Shown here: positions 34,934 through 43,835 of the stretch, piece by piece
How the letters are laid out: each line of letters begins with the position of its first letter
Numbering within the stretch: position 1 is the stretch's first letter
NCBI GenBank assembly: GCA_003512955.1
Contig: DOTG01000026.1
Location: forward strand, 12,083-76,082
Source: Marinilabiliales bacterium
GTDB lineage: Bacteria > Bacteroidota > Bacteroidia > Bacteroidales > SZUA-534
Direction: 5' to 3'
DNA: 64,000 nt
Notes under the pieces: model-generated
What the model was told of the DNA's origin: nothing
The model's database searches: none
What the model saw: the letters and a program-made list of their open reading frames with translations, nothing else
Program-made: the position numbers and the translations under genes

Positions 34934-35576
34934 GCCCCAAAAGTATAAAGTTTTTTTTAACCGGAATGTGGTTTACCTTGGTAAAAAAGCAGAAAAGAAC
35001 AAAGTGCATCAACATGTATGGAAAGACCTCAGTGCCGTAAAAATCGAGGAATTGAGCCACTTATTGCTACAAAACAGCAAAAACGAAACGGTTTTTATTG
35101 AATGTTCCAACCTTTCCGCATCGTGGAAACTGTTTAAGGGTATCTTTCAGGTGAAAAAAGCGGCAGGCGGTTTGGTCGTCAACACCAAAAAACAGATGCT
35201 TTTTATTAAAAGACACGGTTTGTGGGATATTCCCAAAGGGCATATCGAAAAGGGTGAAACCAAAGAAACCGCTGCTTTACGCGAGGTTTCTGAAGAATGT
35301 GGCATCAACCATCAACAGATTGTAAAAAAATTGAAAACTACTTACCACACCTATTATCTGGATGAAAAACTTACACTCAAACCCTCCTATTGGTACCTGA
35401 TGAAATACACTGGAACTGAATCCACACAACCACAGATCAAAGAAGGAATCACCGAAGCAGTATGGGTATCTGCTGAAAAGGTACCGGAATTATTGCTCAA
35501 CGCCTACCCTTCTATTTGTGATGTAATTGATGAATTTATCGGTTTTGATTCCGCATTTTCGATTGCATCAATTTAA
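34932..35576 (+). CDS. NUDIX hydrolase with an N-terminal accessory domain
   Basis: Nudix box GHIEKGETKETAALREVSEECGI. The start is set at ATG 34932 (MPQKYKVFF). The track start at 34818 runs antisense through pyrE. Confidence 0.75.
   Translation: MPQKYKVFFNRNVVYLGKKAEKNKVHQHVWKDLSAVKIEELSHLLLQNSKNETVFIECSNLSASWKLFKGIFQVKKAAGGLVVNTKKQMLFIKRHGLWDIPKGHIEKGETKETAALREVSEECGINHQQIVKKLKTTYHTYYLDEKLTLKPSYWYLMKYTGTESTQPQIKEGITEAVWVSAEKVPELLLNAYPSICDVIDEFIGFDSAFSIASI
34938..34945 (-). promoter_or_regulatory. candidate -7 box for pyrE, located inside the first codons of the divergent NUDIX gene
   Basis: Reverse strand TACTTTTG, only 4 nt upstream of the pyrE ATG. This would imply a leaderless or near-leaderless mRNA. 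Confidence 0.3.
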
Positions 35577-36960
35577 AAAAACTCCATTCAAAATTCTCGG
35601 AGGGAGAATTGGCGGGCGACATCACCAAATTACCCTCGGGATCAATTAAATAATAGGTAGGATAAGCTTTTACCTTAAATTCATCAATAATGTTTTTATG
35701 GTTCATGTAGCTCAAAACCGGCCAGTTATAACCATGTTCGTTAAAATATTTCTGCACTTCCTCAATATCTTCATCTATAGAAATACTTACTAATTTGAAA
35801 TCGTTCTGATGCCTTTCGTACAACTGTTTCATCAGTTCCAAATCCTGCTGGCTTGGAAAACTTTTTACAGATATAAAGTTCAGATAAATGTAATTCGTCT
35901 GGAAATCAGACAATTTACGCAGATTCCCTTGGGCATCATACAATTCAAATGTTGGAGCCGGAAAACCAACCCGGGCTTGAAGCACCTTGGTTCTTATATT
36001 TTGAGCTATCTGTGCATGACACGCTACTTTTGGGCAACAGGCAATGGAATCGAGGGTGACAAGCAAACTCTGGATGGGGAAATCGCCCGTGTAAAAGGCA
36101 TCGTACAACCCTTTTAACAAAACCAATTCCTGTAAACTATCGCTGGTGAGTGCCATGTTATTTGAAAATGTCTGATAAATGTAGGTGGGGCTTTTTGCAT
36201 AAGCGATGTCGGAATACAACCTCTGCCCCTCCTTGGAATTCATATAAAACGACAAATAATTGGTGAAAAGCTGATTGAACAAATCCATGTATGAAGTATT
36301 CTCATATAAAATAGGCTGATTCCTAAAATACTCTCGCACCACATAGCGGCTATCGCGCATGACTGTACCATATTTTAGCCAGGCATATTTATAGTTACGG
36401 AAGTTTCTGAAATACAAGTTTGAATTGCCTGTGTATTTGCTTTCAATAAGTTCAATGACTGAATCAATTTTTGCTTCGCTGGCTCCAAGCATCATTTTAT
36501 TGGAATTAGCATCAATAAAACCGTGGTACCTCTCATTGAAATCGGCAACCTGCAAATTTATGTCAAATGAATCGGGATTGGATATTCCCAAATAAATTTC
36601 AACAGGTTGGAAATAGGGGTTTAGAATATCGGCCAGGGTTTTGGGCTGGTATTCAGGTAAAACCACTTGGTAGTGCCGACCAGGTTCCAAAAAAAGTACC
36701 GCCTGAAAAATTCCCAATGGCAACAAAACCAACTGCGTTTCGGAAACCGGCACATTCAGCAAAAAAGAACCATCAGGATTCACGGTGTCAGAACACAAAA
36801 CTTTTGAATTCTTGGTTATCAAATCGGTATATGTATGTACTTCAATGATTTTACCTGCGTAGGGAACTTCCGTTCCGCGAATTTGAGAAGGTTGGTTTTG
36901 TGCAAAACTGGTACCTGCCAGAATCATAAAAACAGGAAGCCAAAGCAGTTTTCTACCCAT
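35536..36960 (-). CDS. secreted thioredoxin-fold (TlpA/redoxin-like) protein with a large N-terminal domain; the CxxC position reads SFPS
   Basis: Signal peptide MILAGTSFAQ. The C-terminal roughly 140 aa align by eye with TlpA-type redoxins (FPAPTFELYDAQGN...YIYLNFISVKSFPSQQDL...YPTYYLIDPEGN). Where WCxPC is expected the sequence is KSFPS. Confidence 0.7.
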   Translation of the reverse strand: MGRKLLWLPVFMILAGTSFAQNQPSQIRGTEVPYAGKIIEVHTYTDLITKNSKVLCSDTVNPDGSFLLNVPVSETQLVLLPLGIFQAVLFLEPGRHYQVVLPEYQPKTLADILNPYFQPVEIYLGISNPDSFDINLQVADFNERYHGFIDANSNKMMLGASEAKIDSVIELIESKYTGNSNLYFRNFRNYKYAWLKYGTVMRDSRYVVREYFRNQPILYENTSYMDLFNQLFTNYLSFYMNSKEGQRLYSDIAYAKSPTYIYQTFSNNMALTSDSLQELVLLKGLYDAFYTGDFPIQSLLVTLDSIACCPKVACHAQIAQNIRTKVLQARVGFPAPTFELYDAQGNLRKLSDFQTNYIYLNFISVKSFPSQQDLELMKQLYERHQNDFKLVSISIDEDIEEVQKYFNEHGYNWPVLSYMNHKNIIDEFKVKAYPTYYLIDPEGNLVMSPANSPSENFEWSFFKLMQSKMRNQNR

Positions 36961-36964
36961 GTTC

Positions 36965-37453
36965 TTACTGTTTGTTTTTCCTTTTTTCGAGTAATGAATA
37001 GATGTTGGCTTTATCGGGCAGGAACTGGTTTACATCGCCTCCATAACGCAAAATATCACGCACGATGGTGCTATTAACCGGTGTAAGTTCAGGTGTAGTC
37101 AGCAGAAAAAAGGATTCCACCTCGGGCAGCATTAATTTGTTCATCTGGGCTACAGCACGTTCATACTCAAAATCAGCCGCCGTGCGGATACCCCGGATCA
37201 TATAATTAGCACCTGCTTTTTTGCAAAAATCTACCGTCAATCCATCGTACGATTCCACTTCAATACACGGTTCATCGGAAAAAACATTATGAATCAACTC
37301 AATACGTTCTTCTACGCTAAGGAAACCCATTTTATTGGTGTTGCTCCCGATGGCAATAATAATTTTATCAAATAAAGGTAGCGCACGAACCACAACCGAC
37401 TCGTGCCCTTTGGTAAAAGGATCAAATGATCCGGCAAAAACTGCTATTTTCAT
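36965..37453 (-). CDS. coaD: phosphopantetheine adenylyltransferase
   Basis: AVFAGSFDPFTKGHESVV (T/HxGH nucleotidyltransferase motif). 162 aa. Confidence 0.9.
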   Translation of the reverse strand: MKIAVFAGSFDPFTKGHESVVVRALPLFDKIIIAIGSNTNKMGFLSVEERIELIHNVFSDEPCIEVESYDGLTVDFCKKAGANYMIRGIRTAADFEYERAVAQMNKLMLPEVESFFLLTTPELTPVNSTIVRDILRYGGDVNQFLPDKANIYSLLEKRKNKQ

Positions 37454-37493
37454 GAATGCTGTTTTTTACAAAGGTAAAATAATCGTTGTCAAA

Positions 37494-38135
37494 TTATAAC
37501 TCTACCCAATTCAACCCATTTGCATAGTCCCTTTTCAAGATAGTTTCAATCAGGGCAATATAATCCGCCTGGTTGTTCACAAAGTCAATATGGGTGGTCT
37601 CGATCACAACTATTGGGAATCGCGCTTCAGTTTTAAAATAGTTAAAATAGCTTTTTTGAATCTGAATCAAATAATCCGCCGTGATAGATTTCTCATATTC
37701 TCGTCCCCGCTTGGCAATATTTTGCAACAAACGTTCAGGAGTTGCGTGCAGATACAGGTATAAATCGGGTAAAGGGAGCTGCTGGTAAATGATTTGGAAC
37801 AATTGCCGGTAAAGGGCAAATTCGTCTTCGCCCAGGGTGGTACGGGCAAATACCAACGATTTTACAAAATAATAGTCGGCAATGGTAAAAGATTTAAACA
37901 GGTCGGTGGACGAAATTTCATCGTTCAACTGTTTGTACCGGGCTGCTAAAAAAGAGAGCTCCAGTGAAAAACTGTACCGCTCCGGGTTGCTGTAGAATTT
38001 GGGAAGAAAAGGATTATCATGGAATTGTTCCATGATAAGTTTTCCATTGTATTGATCAGCCAACCGTGTTGCCAGGGAGGTTTTTCCTGCTCCAATATTC
38101 CCTTCGATGACAATATATTTGTTTGATAGTTCCAT
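37494..38135 (-). CDS. deoxynucleoside kinase (dAK/dGK family)
   Basis: P-loop IEGNIGAGKTSLA, an ERY-type motif (PERYSF), and LID arginines KRGREYE. Confidence 0.85.
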   Translation of the reverse strand: MELSNKYIVIEGNIGAGKTSLATRLADQYNGKLIMEQFHDNPFLPKFYSNPERYSFSLELSFLAARYKQLNDEISSTDLFKSFTIADYYFVKSLVFARTTLGEDEFALYRQLFQIIYQQLPLPDLYLYLHATPERLLQNIAKRGREYEKSITADYLIQIQKSYFNYFKTEARFPIVVIETTHIDFVNNQADYIALIETILKRDYANGLNWVEL

Positions 38136-38184
38136 TGACGCAAAATAACTAAGTTTTCAGATTCTTCCACAGAATTTTTCGAAT

Positions 38185-38210
38185 AAAAAAACCGGGATTT
38201 CAACCCGGTT
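38185..38210 (-). terminator. Rho-independent terminator after the prolyl oligopeptidase gene
   Basis: The minus-strand RNA reads AACCGGG-uugaaau-CCCGGUU followed by UUUUUU. Confidence 0.8.
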
Positions 38211-38254
38211 TTCATTCATTCTGGAAAAATTATTTGAGAAGTGCTTCTGACTCT

Positions 38255-40375
38255 TTATTCCTTATAAACCGGGTCCACTCCTAAGTTTTTGAACATGAAA
38301 GCGTACATATCGCTATATTCTTCAATAATTTTGGCCGTAGGTTTCCCTGCCCCGTGACCCGCCTTTGATTCAATCCGGATAATTACCGGGTTTGTTCCTT
38401 TATATTTTTCTTGCAGCGTGGCTATATACTTAAAGGAATGGGCAGGAACCACACGGTCGTCATGATCGGCGGTAGTCACCAAAACTGCCGGATACTCTAC
38501 ATTTTCTTTAATCGTATGCACTGGTGAATAAGCATACAGATATTTGAACATCTCTTCGCTGTCTTCACTGGTTCCGTAATCGGTAGCCCAATAACGGCCA
38601 ATGGTAAATTTATGATAGCGGAGCATATCCATGACACCAACTGCAGGAAGGGCTGCACCAAAAAGTTCAGGCCGTTGGTTGGCCACTGCACCCACCAACA
38701 ATCCTCCATTGGAACCTCCCAATAAAGCTATTTTCCCTTTTGAGGTATATTTCTCTGAAATTAAATATTCAGCAGCAGCAATGCAATCATCAAAAACATT
38801 TTGCTTTTGCATCAATGTTCCGGCTTTATGCCAGTCTTCGCCATATTCGCCACCTCCACGAAGGTTTGCCATAGCATAAACACCGCCTTGCTCCAACCAT
38901 ATCAAACGGCCCACATTGAACGAAGGGGTTAACGAAACATTAAATCCGCCATATCCATAAAGTAAGACAGGATTCTTTCCATCCAATTTCAGTCCTTTTT
39001 TATGCACAATAAACATCGGTACTTTTGTTCCATCGTTACTGGTAAAAAACACCTGCTTGGTTTCATAGGCTTCGGGGTCAAAATCGACAGCCGATGTTTG
39101 GTAAAGTCCCGATTTATTGTTCTCAATATCGTATTTATAGACCGTCGCGGGTGTGGTAAAAGAGGTAATAGTGAAGAAGGTGATTTTATCATCCCGTTCT
39201 CCATTGAACCCACTAACAGAACCTAGAACTGGCAATTCAAGATCGTATAAATACTTTCCGGCAAGATCATTGACTTCCACATGACTATGAGCATCTTTTA
39301 AATAGGTGGCAATCATTTTCCCTCCAATGATTGAAACTCCCGTCAAAACGCCCTCTTTCTCAGGAATGAAATCTACCCACTTTTCACGGGCATAATCAGT
39401 TAAATCAATTGCAATCACTTTGTACTTTGGAGCTTGGTAATTTGTCATCACCAATAATTTTCCATTTTGGTGGTCAATAACCTGAAAATCGTTATCAAAA
39501 CTTTCTACAATTTTAATCACATTGCCGCCCTTTTCGATATCTTTTACATAGAAGGCATTGCCTGACGTAGATTCGGTAACGGCAATTACCAAAAGCTTCT
39601 GGTCGTCGGTTACCCAGGCCCCAAAACCCCAGTTTGGATGTTCGGTATCCTCATAAACCAATTGATCGTCTGTTTGGGTAGTTCCGATTTTATGATAGTA
39701 GATTTTACTGTTTTCATTCACCCCTTTCAGTATATCGTCCTCTTTTGGAGCCGGAAAGCGTGAATAAAAAAAGCCATCTTTCAACCATTGAATCCCGGAA
39801 AATTTCACCCATTCGATATGGTCAGGCAGAAGTTCACCTGTTTCAATATTTTTTACAAAAAATTCGTTCCAATCTGAACCACCTTTCGAGATTCCATAAC
39901 CCAATAATTTGCCGTCATCGGAAGGAGAAAAAGCAGTCAGCGAAACGGTGCCGTCATCCGAAAAAGTATTGGGATCTAAAATGACTGATTCGTTGCCTCC
40001 AATGGAGTCCAGCAGGTAAGCCACACTTTGATTCTGCAATCCATTGTTTTTGAAAACAAAATATCGGCCTCCTTCATGAAATGGAGCCGAAATTTTTGGG
40101 TAATCCCAGAGCTTGGTTAACCGGCTATTGATTTGGGTGCGATAAGGAATTTTTGCCAAATAGGCGTTGGTAACTGCATTCTGGGCAACCACCCAGGCTT
40201 TGGTGGAATCAGAGTTGTCATCTTCGAGCCATCGGTAAGGATCGGCCACAGCAGTCCCAAAATAATGATCTACGGTATCCACTTTTCTTGTCATAGGATA
40301 ATTTAATTTTTCTTCTTTAGGTTGACACGAGGCCAAACCAACAAACAATAAAACAACAATAACACATTTATTCAT
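38255..40375 (-). CDS. prolyl oligopeptidase (peptidase family S9A), lipoprotein-type signal
   Basis: Signal LFVGLASC. N-terminal DPYRWLED, then a beta-propeller. The catalytic domain has GGSNGGLL (Ser), ADHDDRV (Asp) and KAGHGAG (His). Confidence 0.9.
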   Translation of the reverse strand: MNKCVIVVLLFVGLASCQPKEEKLNYPMTRKVDTVDHYFGTAVADPYRWLEDDNSDSTKAWVVAQNAVTNAYLAKIPYRTQINSRLTKLWDYPKISAPFHEGGRYFVFKNNGLQNQSVAYLLDSIGGNESVILDPNTFSDDGTVSLTAFSPSDDGKLLGYGISKGGSDWNEFFVKNIETGELLPDHIEWVKFSGIQWLKDGFFYSRFPAPKEDDILKGVNENSKIYYHKIGTTQTDDQLVYEDTEHPNWGFGAWVTDDQKLLVIAVTESTSGNAFYVKDIEKGGNVIKIVESFDNDFQVIDHQNGKLLVMTNYQAPKYKVIAIDLTDYAREKWVDFIPEKEGVLTGVSIIGGKMIATYLKDAHSHVEVNDLAGKYLYDLELPVLGSVSGFNGERDDKITFFTITSFTTPATVYKYDIENNKSGLYQTSAVDFDPEAYETKQVFFTSNDGTKVPMFIVHKKGLKLDGKNPVLLYGYGGFNVSLTPSFNVGRLIWLEQGGVYAMANLRGGGEYGEDWHKAGTLMQKQNVFDDCIAAAEYLISEKYTSKGKIALLGGSNGGLLVGAVANQRPELFGAALPAVGVMDMLRYHKFTIGRYWATDYGTSEDSEEMFKYLYAYSPVHTIKENVEYPAVLVTTADHDDRVVPAHSFKYIATLQEKYKGTNPVIIRIESKAGHGAGKPTAKIIEEYSDMYAFMFKNLGVDPVYKE

Positions 40376-40623
40376 GAGTCCGATGTATTAGTTAAACAAT
40401 AATCAAATGTTATCCATTTTACAATTTCAAATATTGAAATCTACAAAAGATTATCTGCATTTGTAGTTTCTGTTAGAAATAGGTTACAAGCAACTTGTTA
40501 ACCAACTTACCTGCAAAGATAAAAGTTTACCAAACATTGTATCTATTTCGGAACCAACCAATAAAACATAGTTTTTTGATGGCAATTTTTTAAGAAACTA
40601 CTTGCAGCATAAAAAGAATTGGT

Positions 40624-40631
40624 TACCTTTG
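40624..40631 (+). promoter_or_regulatory. candidate -7 box for rpsO
   Basis: TACCTTTG, 51 nt upstream of ATG 40683. Confidence 0.5.
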
Positions 40632-40682
40632 CGGTTCAAAAAATTAAAAGAAATTTTTAGGATATTAATATAACGAAAGAAT

Positions 40683-40952
40683 ATGTACTTAACTGTAGAG
40701 AAAAAATCAGAGCTTTTTGAGTCGTTTGGCAAATCGGCACAAGATACTGGATCATCTGAAGGGCAAATTGCATTATTCAGTTTCCGTATTGCTCATTTAA
40801 CGGAACACCTCAAAAAAAACAAAAAGGATTTTGGCACACAAAAAGCGTTGTTAAAACTTGTAGGTAAACGCAGAAGTTTGCTCGATTACCTTAAAGAAAA
40901 CGATATTGAAAGGTACCGTGCAATTGTAAAAGCACTTAACTTAAGAAAATAA
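40683..40952 (+). CDS. rpsO: 30S ribosomal protein S15
   Basis: GSSEGQIALFSFRIAHLTEHLKKNKKD. 89 aa. Confidence 0.95.
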   Translation: MYLTVEKKSELFESFGKSAQDTGSSEGQIALFSFRIAHLTEHLKKNKKDFGTQKALLKLVGKRRSLLDYLKENDIERYRAIVKALNLRK

Positions 40953-40957
40953 CAAAA

Positions 40958-40982
40958 AAGGGCACATGGGTTGCCTTTTTTT
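40958..40982 (+). terminator. Rho-independent terminator/attenuator after rpsO
   Basis: AAGGGCA-catgggt-TGCCTTTTTTT directly after the S15 stop and ahead of pnp. Confidence 0.75.
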
Positions 40983-41086
40983 GTTGAATATCCGCACCCA
41001 ATCCCTACCCCATAAAATTATTTGCCCCAAGCGGGTACCTTTAGGCGACGTTGAAAACAAGTATTGTAACTCAGCCAAAAACCCTC

Positions 41087-41119
41087 TATATTTGACAAAA
41101 ACAAATTAGTATAAATTTG
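41087..41119 (+). promoter_or_regulatory. two candidate -7 boxes for pnp
   Basis: TATATTTG at 41087-41094 and TAAATTTG at 41112-41119, which are 78 and 53 nt upstream of ATG 41173. Confidence 0.4.
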
Positions 41120-41172
41120 GCTTGCCCGACAGAAAGAAAAGAAACCGGCAGGCCGGTAAGTAAAAAAGAAAG

Positions 41173-43305
41173 ATGAAAATTGTAAACAAACAAATTAACC
41201 TGGGAGATGGACGTATTATTACCATCGAAACAGGGAAGCTAGCCAAACAGGCTGATGGTGCCGTAGTTGTTAGAATGGGAAATACCATGCTTTTAGCAAC
41301 AGTTGTAGCTGCACAAGAAGCTAAAGAAGACGTGGATTTTATGCCTTTGTCGGTTGAATACAAAGAAAGCTATTCAGCTGCAGGAAGATTCCCTGGTGGC
41401 TTTACCCGCCGCGAAGGAAGACCTCAGGATTCTGAAATATTGGTATCCCGGTTGATCGACCGTGCCTTACGTCCATTATTTCCAGATGACTTTCATGCAG
41501 AAACTTTTGTTACTGTCCAGTTAATCTCTGCTGAAAAAGATACCATGCCCGATGCATTGGCCGGATTGGCAGCATCGGCAGCCTTAGCCGTTTCAAACAT
41601 CCCTTTCAACGGCCCTATCTCTGAATGCCGTGTAGCGCGAATCGATGGCAAGTTGGTCATCAATCCCAATACATCTGATTTAACCCGTGCCGATATTGAT
41701 ATTATGGTTGGTGCAACCTACGACAATATTTTGATGGTAGAAGGTGAGATGAAAGAGGTTTCTGAAGCCGACATGTTGGAAGCCATCAAATTGGCCCACG
41801 ATACCATAAAAGTTCATTGCAAAGTACAAATGGAACTGGCCGAAGAGGTGGGTTCAACTGTAAAAAGGGAATATTGCCACGAAACCAACGACGAAGTATT
41901 GCGCGAAAAGATTTGGAAGGAAACCTACGATAAAGTGTATGCTGTAGCTAAAAAATGCCAGGCCGACAAACACCAGCGCCATGAGGATTTCCAAGCGGTT
42001 AAAGAAGAATTCCTGGCTCAATATTCCGAAGAGGAATTGGCCGCTTTAAATACAAACCTGGTTGGAAGGTATTACCACGCGGTTGAAAAAGAAGCTGTGC
42101 GGAATTTAATTCTTGACGAAGGTTTGCGTTTAGATGGCCGTAAAACCACCGAAATCCGCCCTATCTGGAGTGAAGTAGATTACCTACCTTCGGCTCACGG
42201 CTCAGCGATTTTCACCCGTGGTGAAACACAATCGCTTACCACCTGTACCCTTGGGACCAAACTTGACGACAAATTGGTGGACGAAGTGCTGCGTCAGGGA
42301 AAAGACCGTTTCCTGTTGCACTACAACTTTCCTCCTTTCTCAACCGGGGAAGCCAGACCAAACCGTGGTGTAGGCCGCAGGGAAATCGGGCACGGAAACC
42401 TAGCCCACCGGGCACTGAAAAATATGATTCCAGCCGGTGATGAAAATCCATATTCCATCCGTATTGTTTCCGATATTTTAGAGTCAAATGGTTCCTCATC
42501 AATGGCTACCGTTTGTGCAGGAACACTTTCGCTGATGGATGCCGGCATCAAAATTAAAAAACCGGTTTCAGGTATTGCCATGGGTTTAATTACCAAAGGC
42601 AACAAATACGCTGTACTTAGCGATATTCTAGGTGATGAGGATCATCTGGGTGATATGGACTTTAAAGTCACCGGTACCAAAGATGGTATCACAGCTACCC
42701 AAATGGACATTAAAGTAGATGGGCTTCCTTACGAAGTATTGGCTCAAGCACTTGACCAGGCTAAAGCAGGAAGAATGCACATTTTAGGTAAAATGATGGA
42801 AACCATCACTGAACCTCGCGCCGATTACAAAGAACATGCTCCAAGAGTGGTGAAACTGACCATTCCGAAAGATACTATCGGTGCTTTAATTGGCCCTGGT
42901 GGAAAAATCATTCAGGAAATTCAAGCCTCTACCGGAACTATTATTGTAATTGAAGAGGTTGACAATACTGGCCGCGTTGAAGTTGTTGCCAACAACAAAG
43001 AATCTATTGATGCCGCCATCCGTCGCATCAAAGGGATTGTGGCTGTTCCTGAGATTGGTGAAGTCTATAAAGGCAAGGTAAAAGCCATTGTAGCCTTTGG
43101 TGCTTTTGTCGAGATCCTACCCGGAAAAGAAGGTCTGTTGCACATCTCGGAAATTGAATGGCGCCGTTTGGATAAAGTTGATGAGGTATTGAAAGAAGGC
43201 GATGAAGTGGAAGTGAAACTGATTGATGTGGATAAAGCTGGGAAATTCAAACTTTCCAGAAAAATACTTTTGCCAAAGCCAGAGCGCAACGATAAAAAAG
43301 AATAA
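41173..43305 (+). CDS. pnp: polyribonucleotide nucleotidyltransferase (PNPase)
   Basis: Two RNase PH domains ([14 protein letters not shown]), then a KH domain ([15 protein letters not shown]) and an S1 domain ([17 protein letters not shown]). It follows rpsO as in most bacteria. Confidence 0.95.
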   Translation: MKIVNKQINLGDGRIITIETGKLAKQADGAVVVRMGNTMLLATVVAAQEAKEDVDFMPLSVEYKESYSAAGRFPGGFTRREGRPQDSEILVSRLIDRALRPLFPDDFHAETFVTVQLISAEKDTMPDALAGLAASAALAVSNIPFNGPISECRVARIDGKLVINPNTSDLTRADIDIMVGATYDNILMVEGEMKEVSEADMLEAIKLAHDTIKVHCKVQMELAEEVGSTVKREYCHETNDEVLREKIWKETYDKVYAVAKKCQADKHQRHEDFQAVKEEFLAQYSEEELAALNTNLVGRYYHAVEKEAVRNLILDEGLRLDGRKTTEIRPIWSEVDYLPSAHGSAIFTRGETQSLTTCTLGTKLDDKLVDEVLRQGKDRFLLHYNFPPFSTGEARPNRGVGRREIGHGNLAHRALKNMIPAGDENPYSIRIVSDILESNGSSSMATVCAGTLSLMDAGIKIKKPVSGIAMGLITKGNKYAVLSDILGDEDHLGDMDFKVTGTKDGITATQMDIKVDGLPYEVLAQALDQAKAGRMHILGKMMETITEPRADYKEHAPRVVKLTIPKDTIGALIGPGGKIIQEIQASTGTIIVIEEVDNTGRVEVVANNKESIDAAIRRIKGIVAVPEIGEVYKGKVKAIVAFGAFVEILPGKEGLLHISEIEWRRLDKVDEVLKEGDEVEVKLIDVDKAGKFKLSRKILLPKPERNDKKE

Positions 43306-43332
43306 GAAATCTTTGGATTTGATTCATACAAA

Positions 43333-43359
43333 AGCTCCCATATTGGGGGCTTTTTTTTA
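43333..43359 (+). terminator. Rho-independent terminator after pnp
   Basis: AGCTCCCA-tat-TGGGGGCT followed by TTTTTTTT. Confidence 0.8.
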
Positions 43360-43368
43360 TTTTTGATT

Positions 43369-43647
43369 ATGGAGATTATAAAAGCATGTCGGATCATTAT
43401 AACAGGCAGAGTTCAAAATGTAGGTTTCCGCTTTCATGCCCAAGATAAAGCCCAAGAATTAGGCGTCGCAGGGTTCGTGAGAAACCAAACAGATGGTTCT
43501 GTTTATATTGAGGCGGAAGGGGCTGAAGAAAAATTAAACGAGTTTGTGCTGTGGTGCTATCAAGGACCCACTTGGGCAACAGTGATAAACGTTAAAGCGG
43601 TGGAACAACCTGTTCAGGAATTTACTACATTCGAGATTCAACGATAA
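43369..43647 (+). CDS. acyP: acylphosphatase
   Basis: GRVQNVGFRFHA phosphate-binding loop. 92 aa from ATG 43369 (the track uses a TTG at 43363). Confidence 0.8.
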   Translation: MEIIKACRIIITGRVQNVGFRFHAQDKAQELGVAGFVRNQTDGSVYIEAEGAEEKLNEFVLWCYQGPTWATVINVKAVEQPVQEFTTFEIQR

Positions 43648-43790
43648 TTCCTTCATTGTAATTGTGGGTATTATTCAACAATTGGATGGCCTCATCTTTA
43701 CGGCCAAAATAATCTATACCCAAATATAATAACACAAAATGATTTGCAGGCATTTTCGTTATCATAGTATCTTAATTTACGATATAGATG

Positions 43791-43825
43791 TATATAATAT
43801 TTTGTAAGTTACAAAATGTTATATA
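43791..43825. repeat. AT-only 15-bp inverted repeat just downstream of the ABC-F stop
   Basis: TATATAATATTTTGT (43791-43805) pairs with ACAAAATGTTATATA (43811-43825), with one G-U-compatible mismatch. It may act as a terminator for ABC-F and/or acyP. Confidence 0.45.
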
Positions 43826-43835
43826 TAAAATTTCA

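Noticed and set aside
43625-43765. 46-codon minus-strand ORF (MITKMPANHFVLLYLGIDYFGRKDEAIQLLNNTHNYNEGIIVESRM) in the acyP / ABC-F spacer, vaguely TPR-helix-like
   Set aside because: It is short, overlaps the acyP 3' end by 23 nt, and has no signal peptide, promoter box or terminator of its own. It could be a gene remnant, but I cannot support it as a feature.
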